Source: Rhizaria sp. SCN 62-66
Taxonomy: Eukaryota
NCBI GenBank assembly: GCA_001724265.1
Contig: MEDY01000345.1
Location: 1 to 46,531 of the forward strand
Reading direction: 5' to 3'
DNA: 46,531 nucleotides
The notes under the pieces were generated by a model. It had not been told where the DNA came from. It saw only the letters and a list, made by a program, of their open reading frames with translations, and ran no database searches. This document shows, piece by piece, positions 26,135-37,983 of the stretch. Both the position numbers and the translations under genes were made by a program. The stretch's first letter is position 1, and every line of letters begins with the position of its first letter.

Positions 26135-26730
26135 GCAGCGCGCGCCACGCGTGGTACAACACCGAAGACACGCGCATTCGTGCTTTGATCGATAGACCGT
26201 CCAACCGAACGGCCAGGTCATGCAAGATGTGGCAAACCCAGGCTCCGCATCGTTACTTTAGAACTCAATTTCATACATATCGCGGAGCAGGAACAAAAGA
26301 TCATATAATTAATTTTCGTACTAAGGATAATTGATGAGACGCGACGCATGAAATCGAAGATAATTTTAACGAAAATGTTCTATTACAAAGCTTGTTTCGC
26401 ACAGAGTGTGCGTTTGCATACAAAACTAAAGCCAGTCAGCCAGCAGTAGCGCTGGCGACCGCCCGCGCCAGTCCGCGCGCGCGCCAAACGGGCACACAAC
26501 GCAGCAGCACGAAGACATCCATAATCTGCGCGCTGAGAGCGACAGAGCGTGCCACAGCAGCGAGCGTGAGGGTTTGTTCCCCGACGTCCGTTTTCATGCG
26601 GTGTGATACGTCGACGCTTACGGACAGCGCAGAAACCCAAGTGCCAATCACCAACAACCCGACTCCCCACGGGTCGCGTGAAGAGGTCTTCTTTCACATC
26701 ACATCGGACAGCGCAACCCAAGAAGAGGGC

Positions 26731-26733
<3 letters not shown>

Positions 26734-26764
<31 letters not shown>
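26734..26764. repeat. (GA)n microsatellite in a 3'UTR
   Basis: About 15 GA units read directly from the sequence. Confidence 0.9.
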
Positions 26765-26767
<3 letters not shown>

Positions 26768-26787
26768 TAGATCGGGGGACGGCGCAC

Positions 26788-27182
26788 TTAGTGGGGGTAG
26801 TGGCCGTGCTTGGCCTTGTACTCCTCCTTGATGATGTCACGGTTAAGGTACTCGGAAGCCTGCTTGGCCTCATCTGTGGGCGGGGTGAAACAAAAGAGAA
26901 AGAGAGAGAGAGACATGAGCAGAGGTGAGGAAAAGGGGAGCGGTAGGCAGGTGGGAAAACGGAAGGATCCAAATGTAGACGGGCAATAGAACGCGTGGAC
27001 GTACCGGAAGCGCCGACGGAGAGGGACTTGATGATGACAATGCCGGCCATGGAGCTGAGCATGTAGGGCCAGACACTGGGGTGGCGGGCGAAGCGGTCGA
27101 ACTTGGTGAACCAGCCGGCCATGTCGGCGGGCTTGTGCTTGATGATCTTGACGATGTCAAGAGAGTTCGCAATAGAAGACAT
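26788..27182 (-). CDS. Small (87 aa) single-TM protein resembling mitochondrial ATP synthase subunit i/j (plant 6-kDa type); exons 27182-27005 and 26873-26788
   Basis: Spliced product MSSIANSL...FARHPSVWPYMLSSMAGIVIIKSLSVGAS|DEAKQASEYLNRDIIKEEYKAKHGHYPH*. GTACGT..CAG intron, strong codon bias, TAA stop. The WP(F/Y)+TM+acidic-K-x-x-S pattern resembles subunit i/j from memory. Confidence 0.55.
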
Positions 27183-27799
27183 CACGACTGTTTAGGAGGT
27201 CAAGTTGTGGACAGGGTGAAAATAGAGAACGGTAGATATGTGAATAAGCAATCAGAAGGCAATGGAGTTAAAAATTGAAGGCATCAGAGCGCGGGAAAGG
27301 AAGGACGAGTAAGGTGAGGCACCAGACATCGTTAGGTATCTGCGGAAGCCTCGTTCTAGCTAGAGACAAGAGTTCGTGAAATGTCCTAAGTACCACTACA
27401 AACAATCCAACGTGGTATATGCATGGCAAATTCCAGAGCATTATCAGAGAACATGTAGGGGTCTTACGAGGGCCTCCATATTTGTGGCTCACGCGTTGGC
27501 TGAAATGCTTAGTGACTGTGGGGGACGGACGGACGGACTGTGAGCGACTGCCGGCTCACGGTCATCGTACGTTTAGGAAGTTAGCACAGCAGATTCTACG
27601 CGATATATGACCGCAGAAAAAGGAACATCACGACATAACACGACCGTTCATATGCGGATTATGCAAGCACTTCAATTTAATCTAATCACAATATCGTGAG
27701 GGAAACCTGTCGTCTGTTTCTGGCCTCCAAGGGCATGACCCTCCACAATGCTCTCCCTAAAAGGTCATGACATTCCCTGCAGACTGCAAGGAGTGCGCA

Positions 27800-28250
27800 C
27801 AAAACCTCACTTGCGGCGTAGAGACTTGTTCCGTGCCTTTTTGAGCTCCGCGTCAGTGATGCCGAGCATCTTCCTGAACCCCTTGATCATCGCCTGCATG
27901 CGCGACATAATCTTGGCGGCCGAAGCCCCCTTGCGGCGAACCTTGACTCCGATCACGTCCGAGCGCGACGTGACTTGATGACGGCGAGGTCGAGTGGCTG
28001 GAGCAGGGACGTCCCGTTGGCACAAACGTAACGTAGCGTCACGTCGTTGTGATAACACCACTTGCGGAACCACGCCATGAGGTGGCTGCGAGCGGAGTTG
28101 CAGATGAGCATCTTGGCGCAGTCTTTGTAGCGGCCCACAAGCGTTGTGTCGCGCAGGAGCTGCACTTGCTCAATGAAGGTCTCGCTGTATTCGCCGGTCG
28201 ACATGGCGCTGCGATTCACATGAACGATCGCGTTGGACGGAGGGTTCATG
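27800..28250 (-). mobile_element. Degenerate pogo/Tigger-like DDE_1 transposase fragment
   Basis: The translation contains LICNSARSH...LRYVCANGTSLLQPLDLAVIK, matching the DDE_1 'D..xxH...TSxLQPLD' region. The second catalytic Asp appears as Asn, there is a frameshift near 27960, and I found no TIRs. Confidence 0.7.
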
Positions 28251-28734
28251 CATTACGTCTCGTTATAGGGTCAAGTCGCTCGTGCCCGACATCAACGGCG
28301 GCGCCTATGAGGCTACTATCGACAAGGATCTCACGCCCACGCGTCTGCTGGGCTCCATGCACGCCGTGGCGATCCTGTCCAACTTCGTGTCCCCCGAAGG
28401 GCTCAAGGAACCAGAGATGACATTTAGAACCCCGGTAGAGGGGGCAGGGCAGGTGGTATCGACGTGTGCGCAACTACAATGTGAGGTTGCTCACCATTTG
28501 CGCATAACAATGACGTCGATTACATGTGATGAAAGTGTTTATGGATTGAATATGATGTATAATGAAGATCGCGAAAATTAGTATGACAACGATGTGGAAT
28601 GTGGGGAACATTTTGATTTGACAGAACGAAGTGGCAGTGGACAACATGTGGACTAACTGACCTGCTTTAAATGTGTATTTACACTATTCTACGACTTGCT
28701 CTTCGTGTAGAAGCCTCGGACCTGCCCACAGGGG

Positions 28735-28894
28735 TTAAGTTTGTACTTTCCAAGATAGGGAGATTAGATGTAGCATCAGAATTTTAGGGGATATATGAAG
28801 TTTATATGCAAGGAGACCAAGAAATATGCTGAATATGCTGTATATCGAAGACTGTATTGAAGGGAAATAACAATTAAGTTTGTACTTTCCAAGA
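28735..28894. repeat. 21-bp perfect direct repeat (TTAAGTTTGTACTTTCCAAGA) at 28735-28755 and 28874-28894
   Basis: Read directly; lies in the AT-rich spacer next to the transposase remnant. Confidence 0.8.
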
Positions 28895-29450
28895 GTAGAA
28901 ACGACCTATCTGACGCACGAAGAGCGAATTCTCACTCTGACCTTCCTTAGTTTGAACAACATCTAATTCGTGAAACACAGAATGAGCTGGCAAACGTCCA
29001 AACTGAGAGAGGCGAGCACGCAACATCTCGAACGCAGCTTGACTAGTCCACTTAAGACTCGACTAGGCGTGGTAGTCACAAGAAAGATGCATATTTTCCA
29101 TGAGCAGTTGGAACTCATCCTCAGTCCGTGCCTTCTTACATTTGTCGATCAAGTTACTAACGATGAAAGCACATTTTCCCTTCTTCTCACACCTGCTCAC
29201 GGTTAGTTTCGTGCAGTGGCAGACACATGCCGGCCAATGTGGTAAGCCATCACAGCTTGACCTGGCGACAGTACTTATCACACGGGGGGGGATAACGAGT
29301 TGAAGTGAAAGCAAAGTCATATTTTATTCGTACACAGGAAATTCTATATATTTATACACTCTAATTAAACAACTTTAGTACTGCAGCGCACAGTATCACG
29401 CCGCATATATCATAAGTTCATTCCGGTTAACACTGACACTGTCACGCAAA

Positions 29451-32400
29451 TCACTCGTCACCGGTGACGACATTGCGTTTGCACATAGGGCAGAGCTTGG
29501 AGCGTTCCCACCACTTGCTGCCGCATTCCCAGTGCAGCTGATGGCGGCAGTGCAGCGGCGTGACCACCTCGTCGCCGGCCTTCATTTGCTCGAAGCAGAT
29601 GAGGCACTCGCCGCAGCCACCGTTGCCTTCGCTGGGTGCCGCGAGCGTCTCGCGCGGCAGCTGCGCGCGCTCCTCCGCGTTCAGCCCCACGGGACCCATC
29701 GCGGCGCCCGCGCTGAGGCCCGCGAGCAGCGCGTTGGCGCCCACGCCGACCTGCGCCAGCGCCATAAGAAGCCCGCCCAGGATGCCAGCCATCGCGACCG
29801 TGCCGCTGCTGCTGTCACCGCTGTTGTTGCTGTTGCTGTTGCTGTTGTTGTTGCTGCTGGCGTCGGGCAGAGAGGCGAAGGGCGCGACGGGTAGCGCAAT
29901 GGCGTGGCTGGTACGCATGACGCCGTGGCGGTATTCCACAAAGGCAGCACCACCGTCTTCGTCGTCGTCATCATCATCGCTATCGTTGCGACTGCGGCTG
30001 CGACTCTCACCGTCCTGACTGTTGACGAAGTCCTCCAGACCCCACGGCTCGCGAGCGCGGCCACTGCGGCTGCTGTTACTGCCGCTGCCATGCTCAAGCT
30101 CCTCAGCGTCACGGCGGGCGAGTGCCATCGCGACCAGTGCGCGCGCGCCCTCAGTCCCGCCCATCGCGCGCAGCAGCGCAGGCGAGCCTCCCACAGGCTG
30201 CTGTCCCTGCGCCTGGCCCTGTTGGGAGACGACAGCGGCCGCGGCTGCAGCAAGGGCTTCGGCACTGCCGGGTCCGGTGCGGAGCGACGCGCGCGGCAAT
30301 ACAAGCATCACCGCGCGCGCGCCTGAGGGGTCGCTAACCAGCGCCAGGTGCGGGAACGCGGAGCCGCGGCCCAGCGCGGACATGGCGCGGAAGTTAGGCC
30401 GTGTCTGCGCCTCGGCGCGCGGGCGCAGTTCGGGCAGGAACATCTCCTCCGCGCGCGAGCGCCCGCGCGGCGACCGCGTCGCTGACGCTGACGTTGACGC
30501 TGCGGGCGCGGAGCCAGAAGCAGAAGCGGAGCCAGAGGCAGACGAGGGCGAGAGCGGCAGCGGCATCGGGTCCGAGTGCGGCAGGAGCGAGCGCGCAAGC
30601 CCGGAGCTGGTGACGAGCGACAGCAGCCTCACTTGCGCCATCTGCAGGTGTAGCTGCGTGAGCCGCACTTCCTGTGTCAAGCGGTCGGCCTCGCGCGCCA
30701 AACGACGCCGCAGCAGGGCCGCTGCGCCCGAACGCACGCGCGCCGCGGCCGCCGCCTCCTCCACCGCATCCGCGCTCTCGCGCTCGCTCGTGTCACCGCG
30801 GGCGCTGGCGCTGGCGCTGGCGGCATTGAGGAGGCTGTCTGCGGCGGGCGGCGCGGGCGGAAGTGAGTCGAGCATGGACATAATCTCGGCCAGCGCGAGC
30901 AAGTGCGCGTCCGCGGCGGCGGCGCGCGCCTGCGCCTGTTGCTGGCGCCGGAGAAGCGCGGGCATGAGCGCGATTACACCAGCGTCGCGCGCGTCCTCGC
31001 CGTCGCGACCGCGCTCCACAACACTGTTCTCGCCCGCACCGCCGCTGTTGCTACTGCTGCTGCTGCTGTTGTTGAGGGAGGCAAGCTGGCGCAGCGGCGC
31101 GGCCAGCGGCAGTGCGTCGCCGTTGCCTTCGGAGTCGTCAAACCCGTCGGGCACGTCCGCGCGCGAGCGCCGCAGCAGCGCGTCAGCCTGCGCCGTGAGC
31201 GCAGTGAGTGGGTCCGAGGCGTCGGCCTCGGCGCGCGCGCGCTCGCGGGCCAGCGCGCGCCGCACGCCATCCACCGCGGGCGCAGTGTCAGCGTCGGCGT
31301 CGGCGCGCGCGCTGGTGTCGACCTGCGCGCCGTTGCGCGAGGAGCGGAGCACGCTGCGGTGCACAGGCCGTGCATCGGAGGGCGCGGAGGAGTCGAAGCT
31401 CCAGTGGTTCAGCGACGCCTGCGCGTTGTTGCCGCGAGCCCCGCCGCCGTTGCGGGCGTGGCGTGCGCCCCATACGCTGCAGTCGTCGTCATCCTCCTCA
31501 TAGTCGTCATCGCCGTCGTCTTCGTCGTCGCCGTCGTCGGAGCCGTCGCTGTCGCGCTTGTCTTGGCGATTGTTTCTGCGGTTGTTGCTGGCTGTGGCCG
31601 TGCCGGCAGATCCCGCTGCGGGGGAGCGTGTCGCGGCGTTGTTTGCAGCGGCGCGCCTGGGCCTGCGGTTGCTAGGAACGCCGCCGCTGTCGCTGCCACT
31701 CTCTTCTCCATCTTCCAGCGCTCCGGAGGCCATGGTCATGATGCCGCGCACGGCGCCCATCATGCCGCTGAACATCGACACCATCGCGCGCGCAGTCGCG
31801 CCGTCGACAGTGCCAGCAGCCGCCGGTGCAGCCGCAGCCGGTGCAGCTGGTGTCTCAGCCGCGGCCGACGCCGCCGGTGCAGGGACTGCAGTGGAGGCTG
31901 TCGGAGCAGCGGCTGCACGAGGACTGCTCTTATCGTTGGCAGTCTTACTCTCGTCGTCAGTCTTGGTCGCAGTATCCGGCTTCTTCGCATTCTTATCGTG
32001 ATCACTGTCTTTGCCTTCATTGTCGTTGATGTTGACTTTCTCGCCGCTGACGTCCTCACCATCGTTGTCTTTCTTCTTGCCGCCATCCGCAGCCGCCTCG
32101 GCCTCTTCCTTGGCAATAGCCTTGCGCAGCGCGGCAATGACACGGTCATTACGCTTCTTGGTTGCGGCAATATTGGCGCGTGCTTGCTTCTCAAACTCTT
32201 CGTCACTTGTATCTGGCGTGAGATCACTGTCGCTGCCACGACGGCCGAAACGTGCAGCAGTTTTTCGAGCAGCTCCTGCGCGCTGGGGCCACCCGGAACA
32301 AGCATACATTCGAGATCCTCTTCCTCGTCTTCCTCATCATCTGGGTTGCTTTTGTCGTCGTCGTCGTCGTCGTCGTGGTCGTCGTCGTCTTCGTCGTGGC

Positions 32401-34891
32401 GCTTGTTGACGTTGCCAGTCGCAGCAGCAGTAGCCGGCGCATCGGCCGCTACCACTGCCGGACTCGCCTCTGTAGGAGCCACACGAGGAGTGCTGCTGCT
32501 GCTGCTGTTGCTGTTATTGGTGTCAATAGCCTTGTTCTTCTGATCGGACTTCGCGTCAGTGTCAGGCGTCTTCTTCTTTTCGCTGTCACTGACTTCGTTC
32601 TTGCCGTCAGCGTCGTGGGCCTTTTCGCCGTCATTGTCGTCATCGTCTTTGTCATCCGTGTCTTTCTTCTTGCCACCGCCTGCGGCCTCCTCGGCCTCTT
32701 CTTTGGCAATCGCCTTACGGAGCGCAGCAATGATCCGATCATTACGCTTTTTAGTGGCGGCAATATTGGCGCGTGCTTGCTTCTCAAACTCTTCGTCACT
32801 TGTATCTGGCGTGAGATCACTGTCGCTGCCACGACGGCCGAAACGTGCAGCAGTTTGCGCATCGACCATCATCTCGAGCAGTTCTTGTGCGGTAGGGCCG
32901 CCGGGCACGAGCATGCATTCGAGGTCCTCTTCCTCATCTTCGTCATCGTTGTCGCTCTTGTCGTTGTCATCGTCGTCATCGTCGTCGTCACTGGCCTTCT
33001 TCTTGTCGTGGAACTTCTTGTCCTTCTTCTCGATGTCTGCGTCGGCATTGACAGTGGCAGTCTGAGGCTTGCTCTTCGTGTCGTCGTCACTTGTCGCAGA
33101 GCCACTCTTAGCAGCAGCGGCGGCGTCGATATTCTTGGTCTCACTGCCATCAGCTTCATTTGCAGACTTCAGTGTGCCCTTAGTCGCAGCGATGTCAACC
33201 GCCTTGTCATCAGCAACCTTAGGTGCAGCGACCTCAACAGCAGCCTCAGGTGTAGCACCAACTCCATCTGCAGCCTTAGCCTCGGGCTCCTTGACATCAG
33301 CGTCATGAGCAGCATCAGACCCCAAATCCGACTTCGGCGCAGACACTGGTGCAGGCACATGCTTCGGTGTCGGAACCAGCTTCGGTTCAAGCTTCACCTC
33401 ACGCACAGGCTCAAGCTTCAACTCGGGCTTAACAGGCTCCGGCTCAGGCTTAACCTCATGTACAGGCTCAGGTTTCGAGTCAGGCTTGTTGTTATCATCA
33501 TTGTCGCCGGCCTTGGCTGTCGGACTGCCACGCTTATCCCCAATGGCGTCCTCGCTAGTCTCCGCAGCAGCAACAACAACTGCAGCAGCAGCAACATGGG
33601 CGTCAGCTGCATGCGTCACTGCGGGGGCCACAACCGGAGCGAGGGGAGCCTTGGCTGACGGCGGCCTGTTGCTGTCGTGGTCACCTGAGGGCCAGCGCGC
33701 CAGTGTACGCACTGGGGCCGCGGAAAAACCGCCCGGCAGCACTGTACCAGCACTAGCGCCAGCGCCCGCGCCGGCGCCAGCAGGAGAGGCATGAACGGGA
33801 GCGCGCGCTGCTGCAGACGCCCGAGCACGGGTCGCTGCAGTCGCCGCCGTCGCAGCAGCGCCAGCGCCAGCGCTGGTGCCAGCGCCAACGCGGGGCGGAG
33901 GGCTGCCTGCGGTCTGGCGCGGGTTAGCATGTGCACCGACGGGACGCGCTGCGTGTATGCCACCGAGAGGTGCGCGGACGTTACTCGTGTTCGGAGCGTG
34001 GCCGTGACCGGGACCGACAGCGGTAGCGGCAGCGGGCCGTATGCTGGAGCCAGCGCGCACAGCCGCGGGGGCGCCGGTAGCGCTAACAGGCGCTGCGGCT
34101 GCGGCGGCGGTCGGGAGGCGCGTGCCGCCACTGGTGGGGGGCCGCACCTGCACGCGGGTGCCCGCAGCGAGACCCAGGTGGAGCGCGGGGGCTGCGGGCG
34201 TCTGAGTCACCGGCACGGGTGCGGGCGTGCGTGAGGGCGCGTGTGCGGGCGCGTGTGCAGCGACGCGACCGTGTGCAGCGCCAGCGGCAGTGCCGGTGGC
34301 TGCGGTGCCGCGGTGAGCCCCGGGCGCGGCGGTGGCGGCCGTCGTGGAGAGGCTCGAGGGGCGCACGGAGGGCACGAAGGAGGAGAACGAGCGCGGCGCA
34401 GGGCGCGCCATGGGCTGCACCTGCGGGCGACCGAAGCGGGCGCCGGGGCGCGAGGCGGCGGCGGCCGGGGCCGATGTGCGCGCTGCGGGAGCCCCTGTCG
34501 CGGCCGTCCTCGTTGCGGCTGCCGTCGGGCCAGTCGTAGAGGCAGCAGCTGGGGCGGGTTGAGTGCGAGCGGGAGCGGCCGAGACCGAGCGGCGCGATGC
34601 GGGGACAGTCGTGCTAGCAACGGGCTTGGCGGCGGACGGGGGCATGGGAACTCGAGTAATCGGTGCTGCACTGGGCGTCCTCGTGACTGATGCTGGCGCC
34701 GGGCCGGAGGGAGGATGGGGCTTGGCGTGAGCGGGAGGGTGGCCCTATGAGCTGACAGATGCAGGACCACGAATGCGCGAACCGGTGCGCGCAGCGGGGG
34801 CTTGCTGTTGTGGTCTGGCGCCGAATGGCGCAGTCGGGGCCACGCCCGGGACCACTGGAGGGCGCGGGTTTAGACTTGTTGTGTTAGGCAT
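29451..34891 (-). CDS. Large low-complexity protein with a C-terminal RING-H2 finger (putative E3 ligase); one in-frame TAG (34745-34747) and an apparent 16-nt deletion frameshift at ~32263
   Basis: C-terminal CLICFEQMKAGDEVVTPLHCRHQLHWECGSKWWERSKLCPMCK, then TGA. The frame of ORF 31760..34645 extends upstream through a single TAG to an ATG at 34891 (MPNTTSLNPRPP...). It switches to the frame of ORF 29451..32309 inside an internal duplication. Confidence 0.7.
32070..32990. repeat. Internal tandem duplication (~590-nt spacing) in the RING gene with a 100-nt identical core (32164-32263 = 32757-32856)
   Basis: Both copies encode EEEDLECMLVPGGP(T/S)AQELLE...TAARFGRRGSDSDLTPDTSDEEFEKQARANIAATKKRNDR. 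Confidence 0.9.
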
Positions 34892-35498
34892 GGCGACGCG
34901 TGCGAGCTGTCAACTATCCAAGCACTGCCTGCTTTGTTCGAGCGAAAAAAAAGGAAAGCAAATTTATTAGAAGATGCAAACAATTCCTTTTAATTAATTG
35001 AAATTGCGAGCACAAGTTGAAGCCCGAGTTGTGTGGTGTAATGTCATCTGAGTTAGAGAATTTGGGACCTCCATTTCGGCATTGTCGATCGCTTTCGCAC
35101 CACAAACGACTCATCCCGCAAGTAAACACCGCTACCATCATCTAATCAAAACAATTTCGATCAGGCTTTGAATAACACGTTTTCCAAAGGACATACCAAC
35201 TTATATTCAAATTTCGCCACAGTTGCCCCTTGCTGTATCCTATAAAACCCCTTTGAAAATTTGGTTCCGATTTTCGCAATGTGTGATTGAGTTCGTTTAT
35301 CATGTGTGTGGTGTGACTAAAACATCGAGGTAAGTACCTGTACTACTGTATAAACATCTCTAAAATGTGAACTAACTAAATATACAAATCGCACCGAGAC
35401 ATCTCGTAGTTCCACGCCGCCTACTAGCGAGAGGCTTCATCGCACTTCAAGTCACTCGCACTTGAAGTGGGTTTGCATTCGCCACAAGCAGCACACTT

Positions 35499-37230
35499 TT
35501 AGAATGAGAGCCCATTGTGCAGCACGACACGCGGACCCATCTTGCCCGGCACCAGAGACCGCTGCGCCCTGATGCCCTTGCCCACGGCCCCATTCGCGCC
35601 GCCGCTACTGACACTTCCTACCGGCACATTGCTGCCTCCGCCGTTGCCGTGACAAGCCGCCCGATTGCCGGCCCCAGTGACGAGCGCAAGCGCGCGCGGG
35701 TCAATCGCTGCACACGAGCGCGCAAGCGCCTTGGCGCGCGTCAGCGACGTCGGACTGCGCTTGACAGTGTCGAGCGGAGCGGGCAGGCCTGACTTGGCTT
35801 GCGCCGCAGGACCGCCCTTCGACGGGGACGCGGGCTCTTTGCTTTCCTGCGGCGACTCAGCCCGCGGCAGCCGCGCCGCGGGGTGCTGTTGACCGCGCAG
35901 CAGGGTGGCGTTAACGCGCGGCTCTGGCGCGTCCAATGCGAGCGAAACGGGGTGCTGGACCGAGAAATTGTCGGGAAACGCCCGGACCTGCTGTTGCTAC
36001 TGCACACGTGACTGTGACGAGGGGGTGATGGCCACAAGCGAGGAGTGCAGTCCATGAGCGCAGCCGCTGGTCGTGGACCATTGTCGCGCCAGCGCTTGCG
36101 CTTGCGCCTGCGCTGCGGTGGCCTCGGCAGCGGCTGCAGCGGCAGATGCTGTGTGCGTGTGCGTGTGCGCGACCGTGCTCTGGACAGGATGCGGCAGATA
36201 CGGGCCGTATGCGCCAGCGGGAGCAAATGCCGTCGCAGATGCAGCGGTAGCGCCACACGCGCACACATGGTAGCCACCAGCAGCGCAGCCACAAGCGACA
36301 CCGCTATAGCCAACTCCGTAGCCGGAAACAGAGCTGGTGCCAGTGCTATGGTTGCTGGCCAGAGCCGCAGCGGGCAATGTCACACAGGCACTATTGCTAC
36401 TGCTGCTAACAAGATTCGCGTTGTTGTTGGTGATGTTGCTGCTAACGTTGACCGCGATAGTGCGCTCAGCGTAGTAGCGCAGCACAGCATCGCGACCCAT
36501 CACAGCGGCCGCCACCGCAGCGTCCGCGCGCGACGCTACCACGGGCGCCCACACGCTGGGGCCTGTCAGACCGTCGCCCGTGCTAGCCGCAGTCTGCGCG
36601 GCTGCGGCTGACGCGGTTCCAGAGTTCGCGAGCCGCGCCGCAGCGGCGGCGGCGACTGCGGCGGCCGCAGGTGGGTGCGGCTGCGACGCGAAAAGCCCAG
36701 CCGCGGAGGCGCCAGGCGTTACCACAATGCGCCCACCGGGCAGAGCGGCGCGGGCAGCGGGCGCAAGCGCGCGCTCGGCCTGTCCCAGCGCGAAGGACGA
36801 GCTGGGGCGCGGGGCCGCGGCGGCGGCGGCGCGCACGGCAGCAGCGCGCGCACCGCCGGCAAGCATCGTGGCCTCCTGCGCGCGCTTGCGCGGAGTGCGC
36901 GTCATGCGGACAGGCCGTGCCGCCAGTGTCGCGGGCGAGGAAACGTCCCAGAAAGAGTTGGGCAGACCGCGGGGGCCGTATGCGCGTGTGACGTGCGCAG
37001 AGGCGACAGCGTGCAGTGCAGCGCAGGCGGCGGCGCGCGAGGGAGGTGTGACCGGCGCGCTCTGAGAAACTTGGCGCTGCCACTCAGTCTGTTAAGGGTC
37101 ACAAATCGGGGCATGCTGTGTGAGAACAAAATTCGAATTTGTGCCGGTTTAGGCCGTTATCAATGCATGTGAAGACGAACAAACTGGACCACACACGTAC
37201 CTCTGAAAATGGTTGAGGATCAATCTGCAT
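35499..37230 (-). CDS. Hypothetical Ala-rich protein (~539 aa); exons 37230-37201 and 37088-35499; in-frame TAG at 35997-35999
   Basis: MQIDPQPFSE|TEWQRQ... joined by a phase-0 GTACGT..AACAG intron. ORFs 35997..36905 and 35499..35936 are co-frame across the TAG (context SRVQ*QQQVRA); TAA stop. Confidence 0.7.
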
Positions 37231-37983
37231 TTTTCAGATCTAATATAAGGGAATTGCAATAAAATTGGGGTATGTTGTGTGAGAACGTAAAAGTAATACT
37301 TTTATACAGTCATATTCAAAATCACGACAGCTGGTCTTGCGTTGTGCTTGAAAAGGCTGAATGCAGGCGAGGATCGAGGCGAGATAGCGCGCGAAATGTG
37401 GAGGCTCAAACCACGAGCTATATCTCTTACAGCCAAAAGTACATTTTGAATAATCATACGATCTCCACAAAAAGTTACCGTGCAAATCATAACATTTCGG
37501 TTTCACGATAGGGACATGTTACAATCGATGTTTCTTTAGCATGGTCTGTCTTTTTTTGCTGATGAGTGCGATGCAGTTGACTCATGAGTGCAATCTTACA
37601 GAGATCTTTCAGGGATGATCAAATCCGGTACAATAAAGATTGATACTATACATGCCAACAAACCATGTAACAAAAAATCGAGCGCAAAATATCAACGATC
37701 CCACATTCCGAGACATATGGTGTTTTCTCTCTTGTTATACTGTGTACAAAACCGTATGTGGTGGCGAGCGCGCATGCCGAAGGAGGGTTGAAGAACTCCG
37801 CAAAAGACATCAGAAGTTGCCACAAATACTGTAAATTGGAATGATGCTTCTAGTTTGGAATATAAACGCAACAAATCTCTTTGGTTCATATTTTTTCTAT
37901 CGAAAATACTCTTATTTTATCACGTTTAGAAGCTCCTTCGCCGCGTCGGTTTTCCGCGTGCCTCCAGCTCGTTCAAACCCTGC

